A stretch of DNA of 63,830 nt, filler included, from Octopus bimaculoides (taxonomy: Eukaryota): assembly GCF_001194135.2 (NCBI RefSeq). It is 6 parts of 6 records of this genome, joined end to end, with 100 filler letters (N's around TTAATTAATTAA, not from the genome) between each part and the next. Parts side by side here need not be neighbours in the genome. Positions count along the whole stretch, not along the records: positions 1 to 22,275 come from NC_068985.1; 5 more parts are not named here. The stretch is one strand, 5' to 3'. The notes beneath the pieces were generated by a model. That model had not been told where the DNA came from. It ran no database searches and saw only the letters and a list, made by a program, of their open reading frames with translations. Position numbers and translations under genes: made by a program. Positions 1 to 12,328 of the stretch are shown piece after piece. Numbering within the stretch: the stretch's first letter is position 1; each line of letters begins with the position of its first letter.

Positions 1-2349
1 TAAACTGCTGAGTTACAGTAAACCTATCAACACAAGTTATCAAGCAGTGGTGCAAGGAAAAACACAAATGTATGTATGTGTTTTTCCTTGCACCACTGCT
101 TGATAACTTGTGTTGATAGGTTTACTGTAACTCAGCAGTTTAGCAAAAATGACCAAAAGAATAAGCACCAAACTGAAAAAAAAAATTCTGTCCTGGGTCA
201 ATCTGTTTGATAAAAACCCTTGAATACGATGCCCCAGCATGGCCATAGTCCAACAACTGAAACAAATAGAAGATAAACGATATCTTTCACTCACGTCTGT
301 ATTTGTGTGGATTGTTGTTGTTGATGTTGTTTCACCTCAGATCAGCTCAGATTAAACACATTTATGTGCAAAGGGAGTTGAGCTGTGAAACCATTTTTTT
401 ACTGGACGTAGAGTTTATTTATCTAAGAAGGTGTTGTTTGAAGTTAATGTGGTTGTTATTTCTAGCAGATTGGAACCATGAAGAGGTTCCAATTTGGCTT
501 CAGGTCCTTGGTTGAAATTCATAATTATAAATAACAATAAGTATGAAAATTATCAAAGTAGATTTCATTTCAAGCCTTTTCTTATTTTAACTTAATTACT
601 CATATTACTATAGTCATTGTTGTTGTTACAGGAAATCTACAATTAAAGATTTCTCTACATGGCTGTTTAGTCTTTCGCTGAGACACAGTATATTATGAAC
701 TACATTATCCAATGTGTCCTTCCACTTTAAAGCAGTTAGTTATGAAATAAAAATGATCTGACTATTATCAAGAGACCACATAGAGGCTTTTTTCTTCCTT
801 ATCAGCTCATAACTCTTACTGTTGTTTTAATAATTCTACTTGTCGCTGAATAGCCATGGTTCTATGGCTATGAAGTTTGCTTCACAGCTATGAGGTTTCA
901 GTTTTGGTCTCACTGAGCAACACCATGGGGTACAGTTTTCAATTATAAGCAACATCATAATTCACCCAAAAAACATGTCGCTTAAAATAAAGATTATTGT
1001 ATTTGCTTTGCCATTTTGGTCAAATATATTACCTTCTTAATTTCCCAATGGTGAGATAGGAAAGCACAATGATATATAGCATGTTAAAGAACAATGAAAC
1101 CATTTTAAAGTTAAGGTGACTAAGTAAGACTTCTGCGGTTATTGTATTGCATAGAGAAGTGGCTTCAGTGTCATTTACAGATCAGGAAAGCTTTTAACAA
1201 ACACATTTAATTGACAGTTATATTGAGGTTGATGAATATCATTTACAGTTTGTAAGAAACAACAGTCTCAATTGCAAAGTAGAAAAGTACAATGAACTGG
1301 TGGATCGCCTTTCAACAAAAGAAAACCAGAATATATTATATTGTTGTATTACTGTCATGATAAATTATTTAAACCCTAATTTTCCAGTAACCTCTATCTG
1401 TTGTCTAGCTCATTATCATAAATGTCACTAACATAATAAAGCAATGTTATTTTTCTTTTCTTTTTACCTTTCTCAATCATTAGATGTGACCATACTGGAG
1501 CAGCACCTTGTACAATTTTAGTTGAATGAATTGGGGCCCCACTGCTATTTTTTTTTTTTTAAGCCTGGTACTTACTCTATCAGTTTCTTTTGCCATGCTG
1601 TTAAATTACAGGAATGTAAACACACCAATAGTTTTTAAGCGGTGATGGGGGTACAAGCACACACAAGCACACACACACACATGTATGTGTGTGTATGTGC
1701 TAGCAATTTTGAGAGGAGGGGACAAGTTAATTACATCGGCCCAAATACTTGACTGGTCCTTTATTTTTTATCAATCTCTAAGTGATGAAAGGTAAAATTG
1801 ATCATAGCAGGATTTGAACTCAAAACGAAAGGGCTGAAAGAAATGCTGCTAACCATTTCGTCCAACGTATTAATAATTCTGCTAGTTTACTGCCCTATAT
1901 ATTGCATATATCATTATATTATATATACATAATAATGTCAAAGCAGAAAAATATTGACATCACAAAACAAAGATTATATAAAGCATGATAAACTATGTCA
2001 AAATTCTTATGTACATAATTATGTGACATTTAAAGTAAAGTTCAAGAATGTCACTAACACTTGATGTTCTAAAATCTAACACTCTAAATCAGTGAACACA
2101 AGCCAATAAGATAGTCTGTGTTTATTATCAACTTCATTGGTCCTTTTATCTTTTACTTGTTTCAGTCATTTGACTGTGGTGGCCATGCTGGAACACTGCC
2201 TTGAAGGGTTTTAGTCAAGCAAATTGACTTTAGGGCTTATTATTTTTTTAAGCTTAATACTTACACTATCAATTTCTTTTGTCAAACTGCTAAGTTGTTG
2301 GGGTGGGGGGGAACAAAAACGCAGAGACACACACATACATATATACATA

Positions 2350-2532
2350 TCATCATCATCATCATCGTTTAACGTCCGCTTTCCATGCTAGCATGGGTTG
2401 GACGATTTGACTGAGGACTGGTGAAACCGGATGGCTACACCAGGCTCCAATCTGATTTGGCAGAGTTTCTACAGCTGGATGCCCTTCCTAACGCCAACCA
2501 CTCAGAGAGTGTAGTGGGTGCTTTTACGTGTC
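2350..2532 (-). mobile_element. RTE LINE 3' end / RTE-tail SINE fragment
   Basis: (CAT)n followed by cgtttaacgtccgctttccatgctagcatgggttggacg, near-identical to the RTE tail at 9630-9820. Confidence 0.8.
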
Positions 2533-3093
2533 NNNNNNNNNNNNNNNNNNNNNNNNNNNNNNNNNNNNNNNNNNNNNNNNNNNNNNNNNNNNNNNNNNNN
2601 NNNNNNNNNNNNNNNNNNNNNNNNNNNNNNNNNNNNNNNNNNNNNNNNNNNNNNNNNNNNNNNNNNNNNNNNNNNNNNNNNNNNNNNNNNNNNNNNNNNN
2701 NNNNNNNNNNNNNNNNNNNNNNNNNNNNNNNNNNNNNNNNNNNNNNNNNNNNNNNNNNNNNNNNNNNNNNNNNNNNNNNNNNNNNNNNNNNNNNNNNNNN
2801 NNNNNNNNNNNNNNNNNNNNNNNNNNNNNNNNNNNNNNNNNNNNNNNNNNNNNNNNNNNNNNNNNNNNNNNNNNNNNNNNNNNNNNNNNNNNNNNNNNNN
2901 NNNNNNNNNNNNNNNNNNNNNNNNNNNNNNNNNNNNNNNNNNNNNNNNNNNNNNNNNNNNNNNNNNNNNNNNNNNNNNNNNNNNNNNNNNNNNNNNNNNN
3001 NNNNNNNNNNNNNNNNNNNNNNNNNNNNNNNNNNNNNNNNNNNNNNNNNNNNNNNNNNNNNNNNNNNNNNNNNNNNNNNNNNNNNNNNNNNNN

Positions 3094-3135
<42 letters not shown>

Positions 3136-3149
3136 TGTATGTATGTATA

Positions 3150-3436
3150 CAAGGCCATCCCCCCAGCCACGAGTGGCTCATGTGCCGGTAGCACGTAAAA
3201 AGCACCATCCGAACGTGGCCAATACCAGTGCCACATGACTGGCTCCTGTGCCGGTGGCACATAAAAAGCACCCACTACACTAATGGAGTGGTTGGCTTTA
3301 GGAAGGGCATCCAGTTGTAGAAACACTGTCAGATCAGATTGGAGCTTGGTACAGCCTCCTGGCTTGCCAGTCCCCAGTCAAACTGTCCAACCCATGCCAC
3401 CATGGAAAACGGATGTTAAACGATGATGATGATGAG
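3150..3436 (+). mobile_element. RTE 3'-UTR-derived repeat with (GAT)n tail
   Basis: ggaagggcatccagttgtagaaac ... catggaaaacggatgttaaacgatgatgatgat. Internal duplication of gtgccggtrgcacrtaaaaagcacc. Confidence 0.75.
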
Positions 3437-3804
3437 GGTGGCCCAAAAATAGGCTTACAATTATCCTCATCAGATATAGAGGAAAGAGCCAAGTCATTGA
3501 TGGAAATGTTGCTAGTCTGGTTTACAGTTTTCCCCCTTTTCACAACCATACATGACCAAACTCCAACCCTACGTCCTTTGAAAATGTTATAACTAGGTCA
3601 AGGCTCTTTTTCAACTCATGCGTATTCTTTGCATAAAGTTTCAAGTCATCCACAAAGCAACAGTGTGTAATTTTGACAAACAGATCCAAATATCATTTAG
3701 AAGAATTTCCAAAAACTCAGAGTATTAAACATGGAAAGTGGATGTTAAATGATAAGGCCTTATTATCATTTAACGTCCACTTTCCATGTTGGTATGGGTT
3801 GGAC

Positions 3805-3837
<33 letters not shown>

Positions 3838-4189
3838 NNNNNNNNNNNNNNNNNNNNNNNNNNNNNNNNNNNNNNNNNNNNNNNNNNNNNNNNNNNNNNN
3901 NNNNNNNNNNNNNNNNNNNNNNNNNNNNNNNNNNNNNNNNNNNNNNNNNNNNNNNNNNNNNNNNNNNNNNNNNNNNNNNNNNNNNNNNNNNNNNNNNNNN
4001 NNNNNNNNNNNNNNNNNNNNNNNNNNNNNNNNNNNNNNNNNNNNNNNNNNNNNNNNNNNNNNNNNNNNNNNNNNNNNNNNNNNNNNNNNNNNNNNNNNNN
4101 NNNNNNNNNNNNNNNNNNNNNNNNNNNNNNNNNNNNNNNNNNNNNNNNNNNNNNNNNNNNNNNNNNNNNNNNNNNNNNNNNNNNNNNAA

Positions 4190-4251
<62 letters not shown>

Positions 4252-5583
4252 AGAGAGAGACAGAGAACGAGAGAGAGAAAGATTGAATCCAAGATCTGAT
4301 TTCTTGGGCATGCTGTAATGGAATAACATTTTTAAAACTAAATTGATACATTGGGTATGGAAGTTAGAAGAAACTTCTTAATTAAAATTCAAAATTCATG
4401 CTTGACATTGTGATCAGACGAAATCAAATGTTTTCAAAGAAAAGGACTGAATTGGAGTTATTCAACCCCTTACTAAATAGATCTAGATCTGTGATCACAG
4501 AAATTCCAACAGTGACCCCCCCCCTTTGATTTTTGCTTTGTTTTTTCCTTCTAGACCAGCAGTTCCCAACCATTTTTTACCTATGGACCCCTTTGATTCC
4601 CATTTTATTTGGGTGGATCCTTATAGCTATTCAATGTTTCAAAAAAATCCTATATTTTTTATAATTAAATATTAATAGGAATTGTATTAAAAAATTAAAA
4701 TATTTTGTGTATTGTGGAAGTTATAACCAGTTCATTGCACAGATTTTTACAACAAAACCTTAAGTGGACTCTGGTTGAGAACCACTGTCCTAGACAATAT
4801 ATAAGCTTTAGAGACATATGTACTTGTCTGTATGTTGAAACTAAAACAATTACTTCATAGAAAACATTGATAGCCACACAAAGACTGCAAACTTCACTTA
4901 AATATTTTGCTATTTGTAATCTAGACACTGACACAGTTCCACTGAAACTATGTCAATGAGCAGGTAACAATTAATGTAATGAAAATTTTGACACTTCATG
5001 ACAAATGACGAATACATACCTTCCTCACAATAATATATATAAAGGCTACATTATCCAATATGACCTTCATTTTTTGGTTGTTTTTTAGGTATTACCTTGT
5101 AATATGCAGATGAGTGGGCTACTATTTCTAGCAAGTTTGGTATCCATGTAGAGTCTTCTTCGTTGACAGCAGGAGTTAATAGAATAAACAAAAATTAAAT
5201 TTCATTAATTTTCCTCATTCATTATATAACCCTGACTGAAATTAATTAGGTATTAGACAGTGGAATGAAATGATCTTAGTGAGAAATTACTTATCAGGTA
5301 TGAATTAATTCATATGCAAGCCCAGACAGAATCTGTAAGAAGTTCAGAAAACAGCATAATATTGTTCCACTTTGTTACCATCTTGTTTTCCTTTTTATCT
5401 CTTTTCCCTTTCGTTCTCTTTCACTACTTCTATGGAATGAGATGATTTGGAGCAGTTGTTTGCATGCTGATGATTTGGCTCAGTTTACTGGACATCCAGC
5501 CTGTTCTGGTGACAGCACGTTTTGGTACTGAAGGCAAACGCATGCACAAATGTGTTCATGCAGAAATATACACAGAGCTACAC

Positions 5584-5634
<51 letters not shown>

Positions 5635-5663
5635 NNNNNNNNNNNNNNNNNNNNNNNNNNNNN

Positions 5664-5727
<64 letters not shown>

Positions 5728-7870
5728 AAGAGATTACATATAGAAGCATCATCAGATGCTCACACACATAACCAATTACAATTTATTAATTGAGCACAAT
5801 TCACACAGATACTTTCACTCTCCTCAAACACAGAGAGAGATAAATATGTTCACACACATAAACAGGGAGAGAGTGAGGATGAAGGGAAAACTAAAACGTC
5901 TGTTAAATAAGTCAGCATCAAATTAACAACACTAGAACAACTGCATCAAAATGCCTGATATCATTACTTCCAAACAATTTATTCTGCACCGTCTGTAAAC
6001 ATTTCATCTTTCTCGGAAGGTCCAGCGCAGATTGTTGAGCTCTTTTTTCTTCTTCATGGCAAAATATAATACTCTCATTCTATGAAATTTTGCCAAAACA
6101 TGTTATAATTAACAGGTTTCCTCAGAATACTACTGTTTCATAAGATTGAATGTAGTCTTTATCCTCAGAAGCTTATTATATATATGGTAAAGTAGTCAGA
6201 TTTTGACTGCTATTTTCAGACAAATTAATTATAAATCATGACTGCCTGTATAAGAACTTGAATAATTTATTGGTGTGATCTTTTCATGGTTATATTTTAA
6301 ATAAATAGACTGCTATGTATTTCAATTAATTTTCAATGAATCAAGATTTTGTTGGGTCTTAAATAAAATACCAGCACCTTTATATATTGGTATATATTGC
6401 AGCTGAGCATCTGAAGTATCACTAATATCCATGTATTAATTAGATTTTAATTACAAAGGTATCAATAAGGTTAATATAACTATCGATCAAATCAGTTCTT
6501 GGCTAGGCTTGTGGCAAGGTGCAGGTGTGGTTGTGTGATTGAGAAATTTGCTTCCAAACAATTTTTAGTTTGGGGTTCAGTCCCACTGTGTAGCACTTTG
6601 GGTGTTTTCTACTACAGACCCACAACAATCAAAGCCTTGTGAATGGATTTGGTAGATGGAAACTGAAAGAAGTCTAAAATTTCAGAATGGTACAACAATG
6701 CACTATAAAACAAAAAATGGACTATATACCTGTTGTAATTTGGTTATCTATAGTCCGATGATATTTCGGAATTACAATTCCTTCTTCGGTTCTTCTTAGA
6801 TGGAGTCTCTGTCACATATGTGTGTGTGTGACATTTGTGTCACCTTGTTATGACATCATGTGGTTGTTGTAAATTAACGTCATTCTTCTCCAGTTTTGTG
6901 AAAACAGGGAAGTATTACTTTGCTAGGAAACAGAAAAGGACCGACAACAAGGGCATCCAACTGTAGAAAATCTACCTTAATGAATTCCATTTGACTCATA
7001 CAAGCATGAAAAAGTAGACATCAAAGCAATGATGATGATTTATCACTTTTATATATGTGTCAGTGGTTTAGAGCACAAGAACCCAAGTTTAAAAACAGAA
7101 GTTCCTAGTTTGAATCCATTCAGGAATTATGCACGCATCCAACCAAATTGCACAATGTACAAAACTGATTGAAATGTAGTGTAGATCAACTTCATCATTT
7201 AACATTTACTTATCCAAGCTTACACGGATCAGATTTTCTACAAGATGCTCTTCTTGTCACCAACCCTTATCAGTTTCCAAGGTAAAGTTTTCCCATCACC
7301 AGACATATTTTCACAGTATATTGGAAATGAGTGACTCTGTTAGCAAGACAGTGACTTTTACTCTCGTTATTTCATGACAAGGAAACACAAACATACACAT
7401 ATATAACATATATATATAGGCTTCTTTCAGTTTCTGTCAAAATCCACTAAGAATTTGGTTGACCTGTGGCTATAGTAGAAGACACTTAACCAAGGTTCCA
7501 CACAGTGGGACTGAACCCAGAACCATGTGGTGGGAAGCAAACTTCTTACCACACCTGCACCTATAGACATAGATATCAGAAATGTTTCATCTCTCAAAAC
7601 AGTCAAAACAATTGTAATCCTATAATAAATTATGAACTTTTTTAATTAAAAAAAAAAAAGAACAATTATCGAATAACACGTATAGATCTAATAATAATTT
7701 ATTTTCATATGGTGTTATAGAGAAATACATTGCAATTTGTGGACAATAGTATTGTTGGGTACAGGCATCCAACTGCCTGAATTTCTGTGTATGTTGGTGC
7801 AGAACAAGTATCAGCAGAAGACTATGAAGCTATTTACATCTTTCACCAATATATATATATATATATATAT

Positions 7871-8962
7871 CTCATTCCAGGGTGAAAAACTAGAGGTAGT
7901 CGATAGCTTCCGCTATCTGGGCGACCAAGTTAGTAGTGGGGGTGGGTGCGCTGAAAGTGTAGCTGCTAGAATAAGAATAGCCTGGGCAAAGTTTAGAGAG
8001 CTCTTACCCCTGCTGGCGACAAAGGGACTCTCACTCAGAGTAAAAGGCAGACTGTATGACGCATGCGTACGAACAACCATGCTACATGGCAGTGAAACAT
8101 GGGCTGTAACTGCTGAGGACATACGTAAGCTCGCAAGGAATGAAGCCAGTATGCTCCGTTGGATGTGTAATGTCAATGTGAATACCCGTCAGAGTGTNNN
8201 NNNNNNNNNNNNNNNNNNNNNNNNNNNNNNNNNNNNNNNNNNNNNNNNNNNNNNNNNNNNNNNNNNNNNNNNNNNNNNNNNNNNNNNNNNNNNNNNNNNN
8301 NNNNNNNNNNNNNNNNNNNNNNNNNNNNNNNNNNNNNNNNNNNNNNNNNNNNNNNNNNNNNNNNNNNNNNNNNNNNNNNNNNNNNNNNNNNNNNNNNNNN
8401 NNNNNNNNNNNNNNNNNNNNNNNNNNNNNNNNNNNNNNNNNNNNNNNNNNNNNNNNNNNNNNNNNNNNNNNNNNNNNNNNNNNNNNNNNNNNNNNNNNNN
8501 NNNNNNNNNNNNNNNNNNNNNNNNNNNNNNNNNNNNNNNNNNNNNNNNNNNNNNNNNNNNNNNNNNNNNNNNNNNNNNNNNNNNNNNNNNNNNNNNNNNN
8601 NNNNNNNNNNNNNNNNNNNNNNNNNNNNNNNNNNNNNNNNNNNNNNNNNNNNNNNNNNNNNNNNNNNNNNNNNNNNNNNNNNNNNNNNNNNNNNNNNNNN
8701 NNNNNNNNNNNNNNNNNNNNNNNNNNNNNNNNNNNNNNNNNNNNNNNNNNNNNNNNNNNNNNNNNNNNNNNNNNNNNNNNNNNNNNNNNNNNNNNNNNNN
8801 NNNNNNNNNNNNNNNNNNNNNNNNNNNNNNNNNNNNNNNNNNNNNNNNNNNNNNNNNNNNNNNNNNNNNNNNNNNNNNNNNNNNNNNNNNNNNNNNNNNN
8901 NNNNNNNNNNNNNNNNCCCATGCTAGCATGGAAAGCGGACGTTAAACGATGATGATGATGAT
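7871..8962 (+). mobile_element. 5'-truncated RTE-clade LINE (RT C-terminal region), gap inside
   Basis: GEKLEVVDSFRYLGDQV...RTTMLHGSETWAVT...MLRWMCNV is typical of RTE ORFs. Ends in catggaaagcggacgttaaacgat(gat)n. Confidence 0.9.
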
Positions 8963-8969
8963 ATATATA

Positions 8970-9189
8970 TACGAGGGGTGCTGAAAAGTTCCTGGCTTTG
9001 GATATAAGAAAATACAGGAGGATCAGTAAATTATGATTTCATTTAACAGATTCCCCTCTCAAATTCACACACTTATTGCAGCAGTCCTTCAGTTTTTCTA
9101 AGCCCTGTAAAAGAACTTGGAAGGTTGGGCCTCCGACTAGGCCTTTTGTGATACCCTTAAAGCCAGGAACTTTTGAACACTCCCTTATA
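8970..9189. mobile_element. Mariner-derived MITE (about 220 bp)
   Basis: TIRs TACGAGGGGTGCTGAAAAGTTCCTGGCTTT and AAAGCCAGGAACTTTTGAACACTCCCTTA, flanked by TA. Confidence 0.8.
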
Positions 9190-9309
9190 TATATATATAT
9201 ATATATATAAATTAATCAGTTTTCATGAAATTGCACCTGATAAGCAATTCCTGTGGACAAGCTTTATAAAGCAAATTACAAATTTCATACCCAAACTGAA
9301 TTGACATAT

Positions 9310-9600
9310 ATCATCATCATCGTTTAACATCCGCCTTCCATGCGAGCATGGGTTGGACAATTTGACTGAGGACTGGCGAACCAGATGGCTGCACCAGACT
9401 CCAGTCTGATCTGGCAGAGTTTCTACAGCTGGATGCCCTTCCTAATGCCAACCACTCCGAGAATGTAGTGGGTGCTTTTACGTGCCACCGGCATGAAGAC
9501 CAGTCAGGCAGTATTGGCAACAGCCATGCTCAAAATGGTGTATTTCACATGCCACCTGCACAGGAGCCAGTCCAGTGGCACTGGTAACGGTCTTGCTCAA
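9310..9600 (-). mobile_element. RTE 3'-end-derived repeat
   Basis: Diverged copy of the RTE tail starting catcatcatcgtttaacatccgccttccatgc. Confidence 0.75.
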
Positions 9601-9623
9601 ATGTTTTATATATATATATATAT

Positions 9624-10105
9624 ATCATCATCATCATCATCATCATCGTTTAACGTCCGCTTTCCATGCTAGCATGGGTTGGACGATTTGACTGAGGACT
9701 GGTGAAACCGGATGGCAACACCAGGCTCCAGTCTGATTTGGCGAGTTTCTACAGCTGGATGCCCTTCCTAACGCCAACCACTCAGAGAGTGTAGTGGGTG
9801 CTTTTACGTGTCACCCGCACGAAAACGGCCACGCTCGAAATGGTGTCTTTTATGTGNNNNNNNNNNGCTTGCCGGGTCTTCTCACGCACAGCACATTTCC
9901 AAAGGTCTCGGTCAGTAGTCATCGCCTCGGCGAGGCCCAATGTACGAAGGTCTTGCCTCACCACCTCAGCCCAGGTCTTCCTGGGCCTACCTCTTCCACG
10001 GGTTCCCTCAACTGTTAGGGTGTGGCACTTTTTCACGCAGCTATCCTCCTCCATTCTCACCACATGTCCATACCAGCGCAATCTTCTCTCTTGCACGCCA
10101 CAACT
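9624..10105 (-). mobile_element. 5'-truncated RTE LINE (ORF C-terminus plus 3' UTR)
   Basis: QERRLRWYGHVVRMEEDSCVKK...GRGRPRKTWAEVVRQDL is the RTE C-terminal signature; (CAT)n tail at 9624-9648. Confidence 0.9.
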
Positions 10106-12022
10106 GATGCTTCTAATATATATAGGGAAGATGGTTTCTACATGGTTTCTACCTACAAGATTCCATTCTTGAAGTATTGGTAAAACTGAGGTTTACCAAT
10201 GTGGTTTATCAAGTGGTAAGAGACACTTGCTCAAGGTGCCATGTAGTAGATCAAACCCAGAACTACGATTCTGAAAAGTATTTCTTAATCACATAGTATC
10301 ATGGTTGGAGGCATGACTTACTGCTTTGGGGTTGCATTAATCAATTTTACCAAAGTATATAACAAGTGTAGGTTTTTAAATATTTTATGATATAATTTCA
10401 TTAAAATGAAATAGATGTTTCTAGTATTAATCAGTATGTAGCAGAGAAAATGAAAATAGGAAGAAATATTTGAAAATATCATTTACCAAATATGATAAAA
10501 AAATAACATGTATTTTCCAAAGAGTTAAATCTAAAGCCAAAAATTAGGGTCCCACCGTTAGGACCAGAACATCCAAGAAGTAACAACTATTTAGTCTTAA
10601 CATAGTAGACACATGTAGTCTTCACAAACAAACCTGGTTCAGAAAAACAATGAATTATGCCATTTTCTTTTCATATTCTTTACATTTGTTTATAAAATAG
10701 CTCCTGTTTATCTGAATGTGAAAACTTTAATCTTCCTTAATTTTCCTTCTTTTCTTTTGTCACTTCTTTGATGTTTCACATCTGGACCCAAATCTGAACC
10801 ACAATCCAATATCCACTCCCTAAAAATTTATCTCACTCAAACTCCCTTCATATTCATACATACTTTACATCTAGCTACAAACAAGCAGCAATTTAAACAC
10901 ATCAGCCTCATTCAACATATTTACCATAAGCATTTGCCAATATATGTCTTCGATGGACAAAATTCATCAGCAACAAAACAATATTTTATCCTAAAATAAG
11001 ACACAAAAAAAAAAAAAAAAAANNNNNNNNNNNNNNNNNNNNNNNNNNNNNNNNNNNNNNNNNNNNNNNNNNNNNNNNNNNNNNNNNNNNNNNNNNNNNN
11101 NNNNNNNNNNNNNNNNNNNNNNNNNNNNNNNNNNNNNNNNNNNNNNNNNNNNNNNNNNNNNNNNNNNNNNNNNNNNNNNNNNNNNNNNNNNNNNNNNNNN
11201 NNNNNNNNNNNNNNNNNNNNNNNNNNNNNNNNNNNNNNNNNNNNNNNNNNNNNNNNNNNNNNNNNNNNNNNNNNNNNNNNNNNNNNNNNNNNNNNNNNNN
11301 NNNNNNNNNNNNNNNNNNNNNNNNNNNNNNNNNNNNNNNNNNNNNNNNNNNNNNNNNNNNNNNNNNNNNNNNNNNNNNNNNNNNNNNNNNNNNNNNNNNN
11401 NNNNNNNNNNNNNNNNNNNNNNNNNNNNNNNNNNNNNNNNNNNNNNNNNNNNNNNNNNNNNNNNNNNNNNNNNNNNNNNNNNNNNNNNNNNNNNNNNNNN
11501 NNNNNNNNNNNNNNNNNNNNNNNNNNNNNNNNNNNNNNNNNNNNNNNNNNNNNNNNNNNNNNNNNNNNNNNNNNNNNNNNNNNNNNNNNNNNNNNNNNNN
11601 NNNNNNNNNNNNNNNNNNNNNNNNNNNNNNNNNNNNNNNNNNNNNNNNNNNNNNNNNNNNNNNNNNNNNNNNNNNNNNNNNNNNNNNNNNNNNNNNNNNN
11701 NNNNNNNNNNNNNNNNNNNNNNNNNNNNNNNNNNNNNNNNNNNNNNNNNNNNNNNNNNNNNNNNNNNNNNNNNNNNNNNNNNNNNNNNNNNNNNNNNNNN
11801 NNNNNNNNNNNNNNNNNNNNNNNNNNNNNNATATATATATATATGTGTGTGTATGTATGGTGTATGGAATGCTACATATAAGCCAAATTGGAAATTATGA
11901 CACAAAAGATATTTTTATATGTTCGTATACTTTTCTAAGTGATAATACTGTCTTATAAATGCTAAAAAAAATAATCAATAAAAGATATAATTTTTGTTTT
12001 TAGTTTTGCAACTAAGGTTTTT

Positions 12023-12028
12023 TTTATT
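12023..12028 (-). terminator. Candidate polyadenylation signal (AATAAA) of the Ly6 gene
   Basis: TTTATT on the plus strand, about 70 nt past the stop codon. Common by chance in AT-rich DNA. Confidence 0.3.
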
Positions 12029-12095
12029 TAAAAAAAATCTTCGGTCCTAGAATAAGTGGAGAGGGAAAAAAAAAACATTAAAAATCTGCATCTAA

Positions 12096-12328
12096 TTATA
12101 GTTTTTGCCATATGTATTGTCCAACAAAGGCAGTTGTCATGAGTACAAAAGGTACATTCCAGGAATTTGCAGAATTACAACCATCCATATTGTTACAATG
12201 ACAGTATCTCATTTTTATTCCATTTGTACCAATTCTATCTTTGCACTCACGTCCTTCTCGGGCACCAATTTCACCCTCCTTAGCACATTGCCTGATATAA
12301 CGGGCTTGCCACTTATCATCAATTTTGA
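12096..12328 (-). CDS. Quiver/sleepless-family Ly6 protein, terminal coding exon 3
   Basis: Poly-T acceptor ...tttttcag|TC in phase 1. Encodes (V)KIDDKWQARYIRQCAKEGEIGAREGRECKDRIGTNGIKMRYCHCNNMDGCNSANSWNVPFVLMTTAFVGQYIWQKL*, with CxC...DGCN end-of-domain motif and a moderately hydrophobic tail. The spliced product is 139 aa with 10 Cys. Confidence 0.93.

Noticed and set aside
455-515. DWNHEEVPIWLQVLG resembles the start of a SAM domain (W..EDV..WL..LG)
   Set aside because: A stop follows immediately, the splice sites are unconvincing and no continuation was found.
1198-1430. Stop-free frame of about 75 codons on the plus strand (DSYIEVDEYHLQFVRNN...)
   Set aside because: No usable start or paired splice sites and no recognisable motif.
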